Shown: positions 31,871-46,800 of the stretch, in pieces
Numbering within the stretch: position 1 is the stretch's first letter
Layout of the letters: each line of letters opens with the position of its first letter
Assembly: GCF_037042905.1 (NCBI RefSeq)
Contig: NC_087251.1
Span: 17,424,001 to 17,488,000 of the forward strand
Source: Lytechinus pictus
Lineage: Eukaryota
Direction: 5' to 3'
DNA: 64,000 nt
Notes under the pieces: generated by a model
Databases searched by the model: none
What the model saw: only the letters and a program-made list of their open reading frames with translations
Told to the model about the DNA's origin: nothing
Made by a program: the position numbers and the translations under genes

Positions 31871-34800
31871 CTAAATAAGAAATGAAATACAAAACAAGAA
31901 AGGTTGGATTAATGATACCGACTTTTCATGTCAATGGACCCATAAATTACAGGACGTGCTTCGACAAATTTTCTTGCTTCAACATCTCATCCCAATAAAA
32001 CTAAGCCCCGAACTAATACTACACTGAGCCCCGAGCCTAACACTTCCAGAAAACCAAGAATACCTCTGTTACTGTAACCCACTTTAAGGTCAGGAATAAT
32101 AGTCTATCATCCAGCACATGATGTGCTATCTTGGTGTATCAGGTAGCTCAATCACACAGTGAGCCTCTTCCCATAGGCACTTGAGCTCTATACAGTCTCG
32201 AAATATAAACCATTTCCACGAAATAAACAATTTGAAATATATTGTGATTTTTATTGGCTTTTTATAATTATTAATAACTAACAAGAACTTAGAAATGTAA
32301 TAATAGTAATAATAATATTGTATTCATATAGCGCTTAATATCAAGATTTCTAAGCGCTTTACTTTAAATTACAAATAATCCTAGTTCCTTGACAAAACAT
32401 TATGGCATGAATGTTGTAAAATAATTTTTTTTTAATATTTCATATCATTCTAGCAAGCACATACTATAATGACTACACAATCAAAAATGGAGAACTGTAG
32501 TTTAGGACTTTACATGCTGCTGTGCAAAGTAACTGTGGCCACTTTGCTTTAAATTAAACACTAATATCAGGTTAATATTAGAGAACACTCAACAATGAGA
32601 AACACACTTTTATGTTTATAGCACCTGTTCATATTTGCAAAGCTATATCATGATTACCATACACAAAGATATTTTCAAGACCTGGTAGATGAGATTATAA
32701 GATAGCAATGATCAATTTGAAATGAAGAAGACATTTGACGAAAAGGCATCAAGAAGAGATCAAAATCTAGGCGGCATCTAGATTTTACTATATATATTTT
32801 TTTATTTTAATACAGATCTAAGACCTTGCAAATGATTATTTGATACCTTTAAGATTATATTTGTAATGTTGTTAATTGCCTACTTGAAATGAAATTCATT
32901 TGAGTCTCATAAATTTTCATTTCTGAATCCATTCAAAGCTCAACTTGGGAAGGTTATCATCAATAACGTGTTTGCAGGTAAATATTTTTCATCGCAGTTA
33001 ATGCAAAATTCTGATGTAAACAGGAAAGTGGTTATGCTCTAGTGGAAACATGAGCGTAACAATAGGATACGTAACATTCCACGGTTCCACCTTGCTTTAA
33101 AATATGGGGCGATTCAATCTTCAACTGGAGAGAGTTTCTGAGCGCAAGCACCACTTTAATATTTCTTATATTATCAGGAAATTTCTGAGCAATTAAAAAA
33201 AAATTAAGGGGATTGTGTTGGAACATGCATTGAACAATTAGTCAAGTTCATTCTCCAGATAATTTGTGAGTCAGAATCAAACATGCAATATCCTTTGATA
33301 AAAGTATTTTTCTCATGTGAGCCTCTGTGTGCTTTGTTTTTTTTTGTTTTGTTTTACAAGTGTTTACTTGTCCAACACATTACACATTGACAATGATGGG
33401 AAATCATTATCTGAAACAGCTGAACATTGCTTTGATACCATTTTTGTGATGAAAGAGTCCTCATCCTGATACTAGTAGTGCCCTGTTTGATCTTAACCAG
33501 CTGGATAACAATTGCAGAGTAGCATATAATTTTATTGACAGCATGGGGCTGTGGTCAAAGGAAACAAGCCTTATTCATCTCTTTCTATATGCACAGATTG
33601 GAATTATTATATGCTATATAATATTATTACATAAACCTTAACAAGTAAAATATTTGACTAGGTATACTTGTGACAGCATAATACATGTTGGCGAAATGAA
33701 GCAAATTGTTAATAAGGAGAATGAGTTAAACAGACAATAATTGAATGCAAAGGTGTGTAATTGAAATCAACAGATGCATGAATTATACAAACAGGGAGTG
33801 GTTCATGGTACAATTCTCAACAAGAAAGACAACAAAAACGAAATCCTGGCAAATATGGCTAAATAAATGTAAAAGGGCCACATTTGATCACCATGCAAAA
33901 GACTAAAAAGTGGAATAAACATAGCACCACAAAAAAAATAACATGACCAAAAATACCCGTAAAAATGCAACAACAAAAAAACAGTATGCAATCAAGATTT
34001 AGATATATGGCTTTTGTTAATCTACTTTCATTCATACCAGCTTTCTCTTTCCTTACTTTGCCCATATAATAAAGCAAATTCATCTATAATTTTTTTAATT
34101 GAACAAGGTGAATATTAATAATTTTAGAAGTTATTTTCAATGTGTGGATAATGTATTTTTACACATTTTCTTCTTTACGAAATCATGACCCTCACCCAAT
34201 GTATATAAAGATGTTTGCAGTTTAGCATCTAGGAAAATCTAGATTTTTCAATGTATTTTACAAGTAGTTAAATTTCAAAGGAATTGTGGACAAGGACAGG
34301 AGAATTGTGAATTTCCAGTAAATTTGGAGGGATGGTTATCTTCTTCCCTCTGAAAGTCCAATTGTTAACAACATGGCATAAAATGAATAATGCTTATGTT
34401 GGTTATCAACGATTAAAGGCTTTTGACTCGACCCTAATTATATTTCTAAATTAAGACCTGCAGTTTAATTAATTAAATGCTTGTTTTAATAAAGAAGAAA
34501 ACAGCAAACTATGCAGTACTTCTATACCAGACCTGCCAACCTCTGGGAATGAAAAATTGTATTCTGTGATAAAAAAAACTGTATTTTTCCCCAAAAAAGT
34601 GTATTTCATACGAAAATGCGTGGTGCACTCGCTCATCGCGGCGCTCAAGCTGCATGCAAGCTAAAACGCGCACTGCTCTTGCAGATGAAAAAAAAAACAT
34701 TGAAACATGTGTATATCTCACCCTGGTTTTAACAAAATGATTGAAAAAAAAAAAAAAACAAGTTACCTGAAATTACATTGATCTAATAACCATATTTGTG

Positions 34801-37800
34801 TAAGTTTTATGAAATAGAGACATATAGAAATGATTTTTCTCAATAAATTACGATTTTGTTTAAAAAAAAAAAAATGTATATATATATTTTTCTTTTTACA
34901 AAAACGTATTTTAGTAAAGAAAAAACGTACTGCCGTATTTTGGTTGTAAAAACGTACTAAATACGCCAAAAAACGTACTGGTTGGCAGGTCTGCTATACT
35001 TTTGCTACGCCATATACAATCAATCTAATACATACTTAAATCTACTTGATGCATAATACAAATCTAACATATACATGGTACTTAAATAATTTTCTATACA
35101 TTCTGTGGATTATAAATGGATATATTGAATTGAATGAGATGGCTTTAAACAGATTAGGGTAAACTTGCATGCTGTTGTTTTTTTATTAGAAATCTAATAT
35201 GCAAATTGCAGATAAGAGGGTTGCATGATATAAATGTAAAACTCAATGGACCTTCATGGGAATTATTCTGTGAAGACCCCCATTGTGTTGGTGAAGACTT
35301 AGATCTATCTGCTGGGTAAGTCCCCTGGGTTTTACGAGGCAAATATGGATTAGTAAACTCTGGAGAACAGAGAGGAGAAAAACAAAGAAGAATATGAACA
35401 AAATAATATAAATTAACATTAAAACCCGATGTGAGAGTTATCTGTCAAAAGAAACCTTAAAATAAATATAAGCAAGATGAGTTAGACTGAATGAAAATAG
35501 AAAAACATAGTGGCTAACAAAATATTAACATGAAAGGAAGATTAGACTAGGTGTAGAATAAGCTAGCCTGGACTCAATGAGAATTACATAAGTTGCACTT
35601 CTGATTTCTCATTACCCAAAGAAACATTTCCAATATGCTCAAAACACCACTCATGGGACATGTTAAATTGTGCCAACTTTGTATTTCACTTTTTCTCCAT
35701 AATTAAGGAAAGAATTCTAAATCAGATGTCCTTTTTAGAAAGGAGTCAAGGACTCTTAAAATTAAAGCATAAACACTTGCTATTTTCACTATCCCAACAA
35801 ATATTTTTTACAATTTTTTGCATTCATTGCCTAAACAAGTTATGATTGGAATAAGAGGGAATGTATGATGGGTTTACTTACCTGGTGATTGTTCAAAGTA
35901 TGGTGGTGGTGCCGGTGAGCGATGTAATGGACTGTGGAGGAAAGCTCCTGATCCAGAACTTGCTACGTAGTATCGAGGAGCCAGGAAGACATGGTAGCCT
36001 GAAAGTATCAAATAAAACATATCATGCAAAGTTAGGGTCACGTTTGCCTAGGAAACATAACATTTCAATGTTGAATAGAATCTTAAAATGCATTGCAGCC
36101 TGAATGTAAAGAATAACACTGAACACTTGAATTACATGAAATGATCCAAGAAAAATACAAACAAGTGTAAATTTTCTATTCATCCTCAAACATTTGGCAT
36201 ATTCCTAGTTTCTGAGAACATTTCAACACTTTGTTGTGTCAGTGCAGGAATGCCCATAGCACCACACTTATGCACATTGCATGCATGCAGAAACGCCCTT
36301 AGTAGTGCTCATAAGGGTATTGCTCAAGGGCGTTTCTGCATCAGTGAGGTGCGCAGAAGTGTGGTGCAAAGGGTGTTCCTGCACCGACACAACTTGTTTT
36401 CAGCTCATGTATTTAGAAAATTATACAATTAAAAGTCTAAAAAGAACTTAAAACTAATAGGACTAATTGTGATGATGCTGTACAATTAGTTCCAATATCA
36501 TCTGATTCTTTTAGGAATATTCTTCTCCTAATAAAACAGACTTTGATTTGGCTGATTAGACGCATTTGACTTACATATAAGTACCATTCCTGCTACAGCC
36601 AGTATGAAGATTAGAAAAAAGAGCCATGTTTGATAATGCTGAAGGAACAGATGAAGTACAGTAGACCAACCTGTTACTGTGGCTTCTTCTGTAAAAAAAG
36701 ATTAAGAGGAAAAAATTGTAAAATACAATTAATCATGTATGATACCCCTTCCCCAATAAAGGGTAAAATATTACATCCATCACAGCATGGACCTACTACA
36801 ACTGGACATTCAACATATCCCCTCCTTTCAGCCAAAGACCGTCACCGCTAATCCTTTTATAAACACAGCACTGGCAGCTGACGCCCATCAAGCCAATCGT
36901 AAAACACGCTATCACTGATGGACAGCAGAAATCAATTGTGCGCTGCTTCTACACATTGCGATGTTGTGCGTTCACTTTCAAAAGCAGTACACCCAGCAGC
37001 GAACGTTAGCGCTCTGAAAATGATTGCAGTAACAAGAAAACAGGCGTGCATAAACGTGTTTTTTACGTACATCGCCAACAACCACTCACAAATGCATTGA
37101 CATCACCGTGCAGATCAGAATATCTACATCAAAAAGCAGTATATATTTGACGGAGAAATGTGTGGAAAGAAGTTAAAATGCATCTTTTTGAGACAATATT
37201 GATGTCAAGAGTCGCGCTTACCTTCGGTCAGAAGTTGATTTTCATTTTGGCGTAAAATTCCAGAGGATTGGCAAAATTTAATGGGATTTTTTCTGATGAT
37301 CACAATATTTACAGCGTGAAATAATGTATTGAAAACCGGAAAATAAATTGCGCAATGCATTCTAGGTAGTGCAGGGACTTTCCCTATTAGAAATCGGGGC
37401 TGAAACATTTGGTCGAAAGAGGGCCAGTGATCGATCGGTGACCGTCATAGGCCGAAAGGAGCTTGCGTGAACAATCGCCCCGGGCGGTCGTCGTAAAAAC
37501 AGCGTAAAGAGAAAGTTAAGTGTATGACAGCAATTTTGACAGCTGGTGGTCATAAAATGCTCTCGTTGACTGTCCAGTTGTTGGAAGTACGGTATTTTAA
37601 AAACATTTTGCGGATATGTAAAAGCTGACATACAAAGATTCTATCCATAAAGGAGAATGAGAAGGGCATATAGGGGGGATGAACAGAAGTGATATTTATC
37701 TTACCTGCTGTAGCAGTCACAGATTTTACAGGAACAAGATTGATCTTAATAGGAACCACAGTACGCTGTCCTGTTACCGTGTTGGACAGCTCTACAGTCG

Positions 37801-40800
37801 TGTGAAGGATAGCCGGTCCATACTGTGTGAGTGAGGAGTCCACAAGGGCTACAGGGAACTTCTTGAGTGTTCTACCTGCATAGCCTGGCTTGCCTAGGGC
37901 AATGATGTCAGTGTCATTGGTAGAGGCCTGTAGCATACAAGAAAGGACAGAGGAATGTCACAGCACTTTTATTCATTTGACTCTTCAAACAGTAACAAGT
38001 CCATTCACAAAAAGAGGTCACAAAAAAAGATGTTGGTTGTTGCTCTTATATCAAACCATTTTTCTCTTTAAAGGAAATGTTTACACGGAGTGGTATTCAA
38101 AACGGGAATGAAGCTTGATTAAACTTTATATGCACTTTATAGAATCTCTTATGTAACCTATCTATCCTGTACTTATTATTTTGTTGTTTACTTATTCTTA
38201 AACTCTCCAGTATTCACAGAAAAGCTAATAACATGTTTTTGTTAGACAAAAAGCAAATAAACAATATGTAAATATACCTGTAAGTGGTCCATGACGGCTG
38301 GTATTCCCTCTACCGTGATATCCTCTCTACGGGAAGCAAGGGTTAGAGTGAGCCCAGACTGTTGGATAGAGTACGCTGGAAGGAACTTGAACGAATGCTG
38401 CTCGGAGATTACCTGACGTTGACCTGGGATGCTGAGAAGACGAGCAGTCAGAGTAAGGGTCGTATCCATGGTGCTTAGGAAGGTTGGGGTGTGTCTCGTC
38501 TTCAGCTGGCTGATGGAGCAGTAATATTGACCTGATAATCAAAGGGGGAAAAATGTTCAGACTTTTTTAATAAAAAAAGGCTTCAGTCACTGCTCTAAGA
38601 GCATGGAATAATTTCCCCAACTCTTTTCCGTTAATGTCTGCTTGCCAGCATTGGCCTTTCAATATTCTATAATTTTCATTCGCATTTTATAGATATATAT
38701 ATATATGTTTATGTGTATGTTTTGTTTCATTGTAAATACCTTATGCACTTTGTACCTTTCTAAGAAAAGGCGCTATAGAAATGTCAGTATTATTATTATT
38801 ACTGTGATATCAAGTGGCAGCTAACAAAACCTATTTTAACAAATGGAATGAAATATCTAGCACTTTTTTGTTTTAGTTCCCTTTTTTTTTTTGACCATAC
38901 ATAATACCTTTTTTCTTCGGGTATGCATTCATTGGAAAGAAAAATCAAATTAAGGACGTTCCACAGTTAAAGTGAAATCCATGTCATTTTCACCAAACTT
39001 TGCACATAGATACTTTAGAACCTTAATATTCGAAATATGCAAAAATTAACATAGGTCCATGTGCTTGATTTTTTGCTATAGAGCTTCAAAGTTCACCCAA
39101 ATTGACGTTTTTAAGAATTGCGCATTCAAAAGAATTTGGCATTTTTAGACCGCCCAAGATTACTACAATGAGTTTAAACCTCTATTACTCAGTCAAAATA
39201 CATGAAAAAGTCATCAAATTTCGCAAGAGAGTTAATAATTGTATCGTTAGAATGGAGAATCTATTTATAGTGCTATTTGTTTGCAAATTTAAATTTAACA
39301 GCACTGTCAGTTCTTAAAAATGGCGTAAAAGATAACAAAATCCCAATCTAAAAAATGTAAAATTTCAGTAACAAACTACAAACGTACAATAAATGCTGCA
39401 CTTTATTCAAAATCCATGTCATTTTCACCAAAATTTGCAGAGTTGTAGAGGAAGGTATACCTTAGAGGTACAAACATTAAAAAATAGGGGTTCATGTGCT
39501 TGTTTTTAAACTATTAGCATTTTTATCAGAGCAAATGTGCTTTTTAAAACACAAAAAATGCGCCGAATGCTTAGTATCTATGTGAAGAAAAAATCAAAAC
39601 CACTCTACCATTTATTCAAACTTGGGGTAATATTCGTGATTCTTGGCAGCCCTGCAGAGTAAAGTATTTTGAAATTGTAGAGAATATTTTTTTGAATGGT
39701 CCATGGAATAATTCCATTTTTCATCTTCATGAAATAACGCATCGGATCTGCAGTTAAAGTGCAGAAGATGAGAAAAATCAGCTCATACCCGCAGCTAATT
39801 AATCACCTGTTCATCCATTGTGACGTCAGCGCGCAGAGTGTAAACTATGCGCAGATCATAATGCGCACAAACATAACTGTGGAACGTCCTTAACCTGATG
39901 GATTTCGAAAAGGTAGCTGACCTCTGGAAATCTTATTCTCTGATTTCTTCTCTTCATATATTCCATCAAATTCTCAACAACAAAGAACATGCCGCAACAA
40001 GGATCCTCATCCCTTATTGAACCAACCAATGTATCCTTTAAAGGTCATATGAGATACAAGGGGTGAAATTCACAGCTCTGCCCTTAATACAACAATCACC
40101 TAAAACAGAAATAGATTTAAGTGATTGTCATTTACATCCACTTTTAAAATGAACTTTCTGTTGTGGGTCCTAGAGATCACATTCATTATCACATTCAGAC
40201 GTTACTGTGTATTACCTTGGCTTGCATCGAATCCTGCAGAGACTTGGAAGAGCTCGGAGGGGGTTACAGGCGAGTTCTTATCGGCAAACTGGAGGGTGCA
40301 TTGGAAGGGTGGAGTCACTGATTCAAAGATCCAAGCATGCTTCTCAAATGAACAGTTCTCACCTAGAATCAAAAGATGGTGGTAAAATACTTTGCTCTTA
40401 AAATGCTAAAAATATTTAAGCTTGATCAGGTTTGCATGCATTACATGATATCAGGTAGTGAACTTTAAGACACATTGTAGACTGTCTAGAATTTATAGAT
40501 TTCATCCAAAATGTGACAATGAAAGGAAGATTACCAATTAACAAGTTTGGAGGATGACATTGATGGGAAATAAAGTTTTACAAATAATAATATAGAGGTG
40601 ATGTACATTCTTCTCCTTGCGTCAACATTGGCTTAATTGGGCAAAGGAATTTCTGTGATGCGATTTGATTATACGGTTTAATAATTATGTGCAGCTATGT
40701 TACTGGAATTTCTATTGATTTTTAGAGTCTGGTGTTATTAAATTGCAATCTTCTTCCCATGAAAGGATGAGGCTGGCAGACTGTAAGAGCTATCATTTTC

Positions 40801-43800
40801 AACATTGATAATCAACAGCAGCATTAAGGCACATCGATCTGGTACAACTTGGAAAGCATGTTTGGTTTCTACTTATTTGTTTTTTGCATAGTATTCGGCA
40901 AACACAAAAGACAACTTGAACTTTTACAATACAAGCAAATACAGATAACACACAAAATGCCTGAAATTAATCAAGTCAGAAATTACTCTTATTACTGGTA
41001 TACACAGTGTATGTTACCTTGGATACTAGAAACACCATTCAGCTTGACAGGAACACGAATGCTGCCTTCTTTGGGTACCGTTGAGAGAGTAGAAACATCA
41101 TTACCATCTAGCGTGATTCTCAGAATAGTACCAACCGAAACCTGTTGGAGAACAAACACATTCACAAAGATTGGAAATACATAAATGTTACAGAGATGCC
41201 AACTTTAACACTGACCTTTCAGCGAGGTTTACATGAACAAGCATGAAAAATAGGCCCTGACCAGATATATGTAGTATCACTAATTCATTATTAGTACACA
41301 CTAATTTAGAATTACTACTGAAATGACACAAATATCAAAGGGGTGCTCAAGAACAAGAGAAGTGGGGAGATTAAATCATCAGCTATCTCACTGCATAATC
41401 ACAACCAACCCTCACGAAAATTAAGATCCTGAACTTCTAATATTTTACATGTTCTGGTTTCAAAGAAATCATGGGGGAACGGGCCTTCACTCATTAGGGG
41501 CCGACCCTGTGGAAGAGAATTCCACAGAGTTTGAAAACCCAGACATCAGTGACCACCTTCAGAGGCAACCTGAAGACATACATGTACCTGTATAATAGTG
41601 CTTTATGATAGACAACCTTCTGTATATTGAAGGCAATCCTTGTATAGTTTGAACTTCTAAATCAATACGGTCAAACGGTTGTCAAAATAGGAAGATATTT
41701 CTGCTTATAACAGTTGTTTGAACATCATGTAGCCGATCTGACCCAGCCCTACCTTGAAGGTCAGACAGAAAGTAGGACATACCTGAGCTGTTGTTGCAAG
41801 ATTAGGAGTCAGCTGCTGAGTTAAGGTTACAGTACCAGGGGTCAGAGCCATGGCAACACCACTTGACCTATGAACTTTAAGAATGCTGTTTTCAGATGAG
41901 CTCCACGACCCACTTTGACCTGTTTGAACAAATCAACATTTAGGTCAAATTGATGATTGACACGAACTTAGTAACAAGCCTTGGCTTCATTCTGGTCTTC
42001 AAGAACCAAGTAAGATTGGCGGTCTTGAATATAACTACAATCACTTACACCTCTATGTTGCTTGCACATGTCCTTAAATTGCTGCTTCATCCCTCCAAAT
42101 ATACAACAACTGGGTATATATCTTTTTTCATCTATGTACAAATACATACTTATATCTTAAATAAAATAAATCAAGAGTTTTAAGCTTGGAGAATTCAAAT
42201 GTCAACACCTTGGTAGTGCCATTTCAGCTGCATACACTGCATGACATACCATAATGTTGAGAAAACTAGACTTAATTGTAAGACCGTATATATACACATA
42301 CCTTCTGACGAGAGCAGAGGTGATCTCAAACAAACAATGTCACCTACAACCAAACCTTGATCAGGCTGGACCACACTGCCAACCGGGATACCAACATAAT
42401 CATCAATCCATGGACTCTCACTGTCCCATACCTGTACACATCAAGATCAAAGATTGACAGAGTCAGCATGGAGGACTTCAAGTGAAGATAAATTAATGCA
42501 AAGATAAACATTTACTGAAGCCAAAATCTAGCAGTTGCAGTGAAACAAGTAGTTTAGAGAGAAAGTCTTTAACCTGTATATAACAAGAGAACAGAATGAT
42601 AAGGAGTCAACAGTGTTGGCTGCCAAGGTCCAAAGATGTCAAAATAATATCCAGTTCCACCAATACGCTCTTGCATAAGCAATACCCCAGGGAGCAATTT
42701 CATTATTGTTGTTGACAACTTGTGAGATCCAACTACTTTCCTTGCTTTTGGTTGATAAGGAGTCTATGTGGATGGCTTCTAATGGAGAAATGATTTCCAA
42801 TTACACTGACCAACTTGCCACTGCCAACAACTTTCATGAAACAGTCACTGGCAGTTGAAGCCATAAAGTGAAGAAATATTACCTTAAGCATAGTGGTTCC
42901 CATGTGTGCTGATCGACCAATAAATGTACTATTATCTGATCCAGACTGCAACTGAAGACGGTCAAATCTACAAACCAAAACAAATCAGAGTTTAAAATGT
43001 ACTTAACACTTAAATTCAAATTGTTGTGTGAACATGCATGCAAATTCTTATTCACAGTAATACATGGCAATATATCAATATTACATTCTTCCATTGTTAG
43101 CCTTTCTGTGTTGTTCCAATCGACATTGATCCATTTTGATTAAGCTATAAATGTGATTTATGAACAATCTATCCATTTGGTTAATACCTATTATCACATG
43201 CAACAACAGATTTGAGATTCTAGGTGAACTTCCCTTCCCAGTCTATCGATATAACTTTAGGTCAGAGCAGGGAAACATTCTATGAAAAACTGTTACAAGC
43301 TACTGAAATCCTTATATCTGATTGGCTAAAAACAAATTTACAAGTGAAACTCACAAACAATGTTTCATGAAACATTTCCCAGAAAGTTCACATTACCTAT
43401 GGAGTCTGTAGTCCAGTTTAACATGGGTGGCGTCGAATCTCTCACCGATGTTGTCATAGAAACGAACAACAAAGGAGGGTGATACACCGATGGGAAACAC
43501 TTGAAGACTCTTGTCATATGTTGTTAGACCGGTGGTAGAATGCACAGCGATGTATGATACAGGCTTGATCTAAAAACAACACGATCAAAGTTCATACAGT
43601 TAATATTAAGTAATTGCCCACCAGTTGGTCCATCAAGGCAAATAATACAGCAATCAATGAGTGATAATGAAGAAAAAACATAAGAGTTTAATCCAGTTTC
43701 AGAAGAGTTACCTAATATTTATGTTCCCCATATTTGCATTTCCCAATAGTCTAATTTGAGCACTCCAAAACTGAAAGATTATTATTTGTTTCATTTCTAT

Positions 43801-46800
43801 ATCAAAATGTCCCAATACCAACCTCTAAACTACTCCAGATTCCCTTTCAGCTAGAATTGTACCTTTTAAAAAAATAAATTTACAAACTAACAAAACTGAC
43901 ATATTTCAATAAAAAGAACACATACCTCATTCCAGTGTTGCCAAGTTATTGAGTGTAATGTCATATTTTTGCCCCCCCCCCCTTGTGACTGAAGATGATA
44001 TTAAGAATGAACTCTCACCGAGACATGAACAACTGTTGTCTGGTTCACTCCAAAGCTCTCAAATGCGGTGACCTCTACAGATGCTTGACCTCCCTTTGGC
44101 CCGGCTTTGACCACACCCATCTGGTTAACGGTCAGGAAGTCATCCCAAGAGGTGGTCAAGATACGATAAGACATCCTGGCTGACCCATCTCTGCAAGGTT
44201 GATGAAAGGTATGTTTAGTTTTTACAAAAATTGCATGAAAATATGAAAAAGCCATATTATCAATATTAAAGATTTCCAATGAAGTCTCTGAAGCAACTTA
44301 CTAGAAAGAAATGGATACTCAACTGTACAAAGTAAGACCCATAAGTTTAATTAGAATGTCAATTATCACTTTAAACTCCTGAATTGCGTCCTGTCAGTTC
44401 ATTTGCTCATGGGTCAAATAAAATTATGAGATTAAATAATCATTATGTCAAATGAGCAACCAGAACAGAATGGAGTTGAACAGTAAGTTGAGGCACTTTA
44501 TGAACATCAATTATGTCATTTAGACAAGGTGCAACGAAGATTAACAATATTTTGTGGGCAATGGATAATTTTTTAAAGACTTGAAGCATATAGCCACGTT
44601 TATTAACATAAGTTGAACAATTTGTTTCGATACGTTTAAACGCTGTCCTAACACTATGAAAAGTGTTGTTTGGTGCATCATATTAGTCCTTAAGGATCAC
44701 TTCTCACCTGTTAGTTTTAATTGGTGCCTGTGTGTTAGGTGTCATCAGAAGTCTGCTGTGGCATGGACAGTCAGGCTGCATCAATTCTAGTCTCTCAAAT
44801 ACCTACATGGAAAATCAAAGGAATATTTCTTCATATCTGGGTACCATTTCAAAACAACAGCAATGAAAATTAATAATTATCTGACAGTCAGACACCCGTG
44901 CTTCTTAACTTAACAAAACAAAGGAGAGTTGTCAGATCTGACATCATATTAGACAACAAATACTGATGAATCATCTTTAAAAATCTAGTGCTGTAATCAA
45001 ATGTTCACTTTCAATTTTGTTTCAGTTTAGTTTTAGCTGAAGAAAAGCAGACATTGTGTCCCACACATGGGTGAAACTCACCATGACCAGGACTTATTGT
45101 TGTACAGTCACAAAAAAAAACACTTCATGCGAATTGATACTAAGCGATAAATTGTCCTGTAATTGGATTTAGATTAATCCAAAATGTATTTAAAATCTTA
45201 CACTTTATTTTATACAAGTTCTTCTTAGGTGTTAGCAAAACAAGGCTCGTATGGTCCAAAATCATGAACTTTCATGGTATAATTCCATACCATTGATCGA
45301 CTTTGATCCCTGTAGATCTGACTGTCTAGAGTGTGACTTGCAGTATTATGTTTCATGCTCTCCAAAGTCACTATCTGTCAGTTAGGAGAGCTTACTCCAT
45401 AATTAGTTTTTTTCTATTATACAGTCTTCATCAACTCACCTGGATCTGTATTTCATCCATGAGTGTTTGATCCCTGTAGATCTGTCTACGTCCTGGTTGA
45501 GTCAGGGATACCTGTAGTCTTAGGGAGGCTTCACCGGGATTTAATGTTCTCACTCGCATGGCTATGTTGTGCTCTGCTCCACTGTATATGCCATCCTGCA
45601 AATCACAAATATGGAAGATGTTCACGATATCAATGATTACACATTTTACAGTCTATGCTCATCCAGATATAGGGGGGGGGGGGAGGGGACAAAGAAAAAG
45701 ACAAAAAGTACTGGTTGTGTAACTATACAACAGCTCTCCTATTTTTCTAGATGGAAAAACATACATTCATCTTTAGCACCACTTGCCTGTTTTAACAAAT
45801 TCCCTAGCACCATCCCTGCTGCTTTGATTTATCTGGACTTCCTCTTTTATCAAACCAAGCCCCCAAACCAGATCCCCTTTTCATTCAGTTTACATACCGT
45901 TAGCCAATCCTAAGGTAATACTAATATACATCATTGTCCTAATATCAGTCCATGATTGAAAAAAAGTGAAAGGTATAATTGATTTCATCCGAACTTTCTT
46001 TATGTTTCTAGTCATCAATGGACTTAATAAGATATCCAAATGATTTTTAACACAAGACTTTTTTTTCTCTCCATGTGATTTGATATTAATTGAAAATGTT
46101 AACAACTTTCAAGAAATGGTTTTAAATTCAGCCATTGCCAACGATGATCCGTTTCAGCGAAGCATTTCTAATCTAATGCACTAACCTCAGCAAACACTGG
46201 CTCCACTTCAATAACATCATCATTGCTCACACTCCATTCAAACAGAAGGCCATCGATGGCATCACCAAATGTGAACGGGGTCTCCGATTCACCCAGTCCC
46301 ATAGCATACACGGGCATGACAGTGTCAGACTCGAGTCGATGAAGAGGAGCGTGGATTCGTATTCCATTCAGCTCTATGACGTACACATCGATGGTATCCT
46401 TCAAAGTCAAATAACAAAAAAAATAATTATAGCATTCACAAGGGAGTAAGACATGCATTACTTCATGAAATGTGCCTTGGAGTGGATAATGTAAATTTTG
46501 ATTACTCATCCATCACATGTGATATATCAAACATAACACAAGCTACGAAGCTAATCAGAGTTCCAAAGCAGGATCTAATAAATATTTTTCAGATGCTTTT
46601 CAGAAGAAACAAGTGGAATGCCTCTGGCCGTCTCACCTGCATCACGCGATTCAATATAGCAGCAGTGCTGATTTTGAAAACTACTATAACTCGCACAAGA
46701 TGTTCAGTGATACTTGGTTACTCTTATTTCCACGTTTTATGAACTAGACCAATACACTTATAGAGATATGATGGCAATTCAACAAATACCCCCAACGTGG

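Noticed and set aside
36671..36688. Apparent 18-nt NUP210 micro-exon with a gttggt donor
   Set aside because: The frame continues to 36575 and encodes the transmembrane helix, ending at a canonical gtaagt donor.
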